The translations under genes were made by a program, and so were the position numbers. A stretch of DNA of 64,000 nucleotides from Candidatus Bathyarchaeota archaeon (lineage in GTDB: Archaea; Thermoproteota; Bathyarchaeia; TCS64): positions 4,152 through 68,151 of the forward strand of contig JAGTQU010000006.1 in the NCBI GenBank assembly GCA_018396695.1. Reading direction: 5' to 3'. This document shows, piece after piece, positions 61,062 to 64,000 of the stretch. The notes below the pieces were generated by a model. That model saw only the letters and a program-made list of their open reading frames with translations. It did not search any database and had not been told where the DNA came from. The stretch's first letter is position 1. Every line of letters starts with the position of its first letter.

Positions 61062-61364
61062 TCCTCCTTTTAAATTCCATAAAGTGAAAACACTTACACG
61101 CGAGTTTCTAGGGTTTATTGTCGAAGAGTATGGAGGCTAAAAAATCCTTAACTTATTTGGATTAAAATTACAATAAATTTGAAAAATATGAGACCCGAAT
61201 AATGAGCAGATAGCCATTTTTTCATTTCGGCAATTTAATGCGATCTTAATAGTATATGGCTAAACCCAATCTAGCAATTTTGATGGCGAAAAATCCTCTA
61301 AAATCCCTTTCAATTATTCTTGAACCAAATAACTGAAAGAATCAAAATGTTTTTTCCCGTTCTA

Positions 61365-61439
61365 TGGGGCCGAGGGATTTGAACCCTCGACCTCGCACGC
61401 CCCAGGCGCGAATCTTACACCAAGCTGGACCACGGCCCC
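61365..61439 (-). tRNA. tRNA-Pro(GGG), no intron, CCA not encoded
   Basis: Acceptor GGGGCCG/CGGCCCC + A; anticodon arm CGCGC-CT GGG GC-GTGCG; T arm GAGGGTTCAAATCCCTC. Confidence 0.93.
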
Positions 61440-61522
61440 TTGGCCTGAAATCATTCGTTCACAGCTATGACTTAAATATTTATGTAATGAGGTGTTCTAT
61501 AATTAAGCTTTTGAAGAGTTGT

Positions 61523-62284
61523 TTAAATTTCCAGAGACAAAAGTTTGATCAAGGATTCATAATTTTCTTCATTTTTAGAATCCTTATATTTCTTTAACAG
61601 TTCTGTGAGCTGCCTTTTCTGCGGAATATGAAGCAGTCTGCCTATAGTTTCCCTGTTTTTTTTATTGAAATAGAAATAGTTGATTAAAGACTGTAGGTTA
61701 GATGGTTTTCGCATCAAACTCGCTGACTCAAAATCAATTATCACTGGGCACTCCCCCTTTATGATAATGTGTTTAGGTGCTCGGCTCAGTTCTCCATGGT
61801 CTAAGCCGATCTCGTCGAGTTTTCTCGCCTGCTGCATCAGATTCTTCATTATTCTAGCAAGAGTTCTTTTCTGCGAAGATTCCAGCCTTAATAGCCAGTC
61901 TTGAAAATACTCTCCTTCAACAAACTCCATGATTATGAAGTTATTGGATGAAACCAGTAATCTGGGTCCAACGTTAACCAGATTCGCTAATCTAAGCTTC
62001 TCCGCCTCATGGTCCATGGAGCATCTACTCGAGTCGGTTCGCCTCATCTTGAGAGCAACTAATCTACCATTGAAACAAGCTGCCGTTACGATACTCGTCT
62101 TTCCTTTGCCTAAAATAGGTAAACCATTAAGGCTATGTCTACCCCTTAGTTCAATTCCGTCGACTCTGAGCGTTTCGAGCTCGCGCAGTCTTTCTTCAGC
62201 CTCTTTTTCATCAAACCTAGGATAACAGATCAGAGGAGCTGCTTTACTTTTCAGAATATTCTCAATAGGTATGAATTCAGTCAA
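61523..62284 (-). CDS. Archaeal Ser/Thr kinase-like protein (RIO/Bud32-like fold)
   Basis: LGKGKTSIV, ALK.RR.DS, HEA, LDHGELS, IIDFESAS; cca neighbour. Confidence 0.8.
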   Translation of the reverse strand: MTEFIPIENILKSKAAPLICYPRFDEKEAEERLRELETLRVDGIELRGRHSLNGLPILGKGKTSIVTAACFNGRLVALKMRRTDSSRCSMDHEAEKLRLANLVNVGPRLLVSSNNFIIMEFVEGEYFQDWLLRLESSQKRTLARIMKNLMQQARKLDEIGLDHGELSRAPKHIIIKGECPVIIDFESASLMRKPSNLQSLINYFYFNKKNRETIGRLLHIPQKRQLTELLKKYKDSKNEENYESLIKLLSLEI

Positions 62285-63680
62285 GCCAACACGGTCTTCC
62301 TTTTAGGAATTGATAAAGGAATTCTCCGAATCGTCCCTTTATATATTCAACAATTTCATTATCTATGAGTACTCTACTGTTCGATTCTAAAAGTGTTCTG
62401 AACCTCCTCGGAGCCCCTAACATAGGACACTTCTTCTTAAACTCTTTTTCTAAAATGGATCGAGCTCGGTTCTCTTCACGTTTTAGAAGCACCCACCAGC
62501 GACAGCCTTCTATCCAAGGTCCAGCAGTTACTAGATTTGAATGGATGTGGGCTTTGAGGAATTTTTCGCTGTTTTTCGTCATCTCAACGGGAGGCCCCAT
62601 ACTCAACAGGGTTTTGGATATTGGATCATAGGCTAATTCGAATACCAGAATATGTTGAGAAACTTCATCGCTCCAAACTCCTGATCTTATCACTGTGAAA
62701 TCTTTAACGCTAAGAAACTTGGATATTGCTCTCTCTGTTTTATAGAGTTGACCCCAGAGGACATCTGGAACAGGTACTGACTCGTCATTTATACAAATGA
62801 AAATGAACCTGGAATTTTCTCTAAATAGAGGCAGAATCGATGACTCATCAGCCTCAACCTTTTCAGGGTAAAAATATTTTTCATGCGGATTTTTGAGAAA
62901 CGATCTTGCAGCTGCGACGAAGGTCCACATTGACCTCTCTGATACTGCTGAAGCTACGTTTCTTTTAGGATCAACTGGGTCAGGGACTATAAGAGGATCT
63001 TTAAACTTTTTCAATGGCTTACTTGGATTCGAATCGTCTATTAGGTTGATTGCTTCTGAATGCTTCCAGCTTGAAGCTGCTTTAAGGGTTGATTCAAAGG
63101 ATTCGAACTTGATTATTAGAAGCTCGCATAGATATCCTGAGAATCCGCCTATCTTCACTTCCGCACCGTAAACTCCAACCCCTCTCATAAATTGCTTCAA
63201 AAGTCTAACCTCATCCCTTTGCACCGTCTTCAGGTTGTGGTTAACGTATTGAGTGTGTAGAGGTGTTCTGTCTGTCGAGGAGATAATACTTCTGCTTGGG
63301 TCAAAATTGAAGCACGGGATGAACTCCACATCAAATCCTTCTTTTTTCGCTCGAATGTATGGATGCTCAGCATAAGATTCAGTCCATCCTGTGCCAAGAT
63401 ACCCTTTAACAACATCTAATGTTTTATGAAGATATGTTCCATCAAGGCTTGGATCGAGAATAATGAAAAGGTCAACATCCTTATCTCCAGATATCCATGT
63501 TCCCCTTGCTACCGATCCGTGAGTCTCGACTTTGGTGGCTATACCCTCCTCTTCAAGTCTCTTAGAGAGTTCTTTAATGATCTTCGTACAAAATCGTTCG
63601 ACTTCTATAATCTCATCAGTGTTCGGTCTCAATCTGTTAAGTATCTTCTCTCTAAGATATTCCCAGTCATTCTGGATAAT
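62277..63680 (-). CDS. cca: CCA-adding enzyme (archaeal class I)
   Basis: GSVARGTW..D.DVDLF, YAEHPY, DRTPLHT, GVYGAE...GFSGYLCELL, DPVDPKRNVA; start uncertain (TTG 63632, or ATT 63680/ATC 63677 after a GGTGGTGA SD). Confidence 0.93.
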   Translation of the reverse strand: MIQNDWEYLREKILNRLRPNTDEIIEVERFCTKIIKELSKRLEEEGIATKVETHGSVARGTWISGDKDVDLFIILDPSLDGTYLHKTLDVVKGYLGTGWTESYAEHPYIRAKKEGFDVEFIPCFNFDPSRSIISSTDRTPLHTQYVNHNLKTVQRDEVRLLKQFMRGVGVYGAEVKIGGFSGYLCELLIIKFESFESTLKAASSWKHSEAINLIDDSNPSKPLKKFKDPLIVPDPVDPKRNVASAVSERSMWTFVAAARSFLKNPHEKYFYPEKVEADESSILPLFRENSRFIFICINDESVPVPDVLWGQLYKTERAISKFLSVKDFTVIRSGVWSDEVSQHILVFELAYDPISKTLLSMGPPVEMTKNSEKFLKAHIHSNLVTAGPWIEGCRWWVLLKREENRARSILEKEFKKKCPMLGAPRRFRTLLESNSRVLIDNEIVEYIKGRFGEFLYQFLKGRPCWLD

Positions 63681-64000
63681 CCTTTCACCACCCTTTGTAA
63701 ACTCAGCTCTCTGAGATAGTAAATATAGTTGAATAGGTTATTAAAATGAAGAGTCCTGTTTATTGAATATTGGGGATTCCTCTTAGGTTTCGGCTATATT
63801 CGCTGCAGTTAATGGCTCGTCCAGTTTCCTTAAAGAGAGATCTAAATGTTTATAGCTTAGTAGAAGTTTGTTCTCCTCCTTCCTTCTAAACTGCCAGAAT
63901 CTTAAACAGCGATGATTGTATTTATAACACCTTTCTTTAATCCTTTCTATCTCATTCAACCTATACTGAAGAGTTGCTGACAGAGATTCGCTTTCTCGAT

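Noticed and set aside
617-63719. Many short antisense or overlapping ORFs in the track (e.g. 4172-4693, 13523-13999, 61364-61597)
   Set aside because: Shadows of well-supported genes or tRNAs, with no motifs of their own.
63700-64000. Possible coding sequence at the right edge
   Set aside because: No recognisable motif or sustained reading frame.

Overview
Archaeal chromosomal segment (~43% GC). TFE, TiaS, aTrm56, KEOPS, proteasome alpha, eS25, eS1, eS6, eL15, aIF2-gamma, aIF5B and a class I CCA enzyme point to a TACK-group archaeon; Bathyarchaeia is my inference. The first ~25 kb is a mixed accessory region (P-type ATPase, peroxiredoxin, nitrilase, amidohydrolase, PLP decarboxylase, KdgK/Eda, IorAB, CoA transferase); the rest is mostly housekeeping, with tRNA-Val(TAC) and tRNA-Pro(GGG). 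Main finding: the aIF5B (infB) gene is split inside its P-loop by a 32-nt insertion (60126-60157) that forms a canonical bulge-helix-bulge motif. Cutting at the standard endonuclease positions exactly restores GHVDTGKT, so this is a probable spliced intron in an mRNA. Other notable items: a probable non-AUG start for aIF2-gamma in the same gene cluster, an unassigned ~237-nt structured element between pcc1 and rps3ae, a triple palindromic operator upstream of a wHTH-Hsp20 operon, and two A-B'-A-B template-switch duplications that may be amplification or assembly artefacts. No CRISPR array, integrase or transposase was seen.
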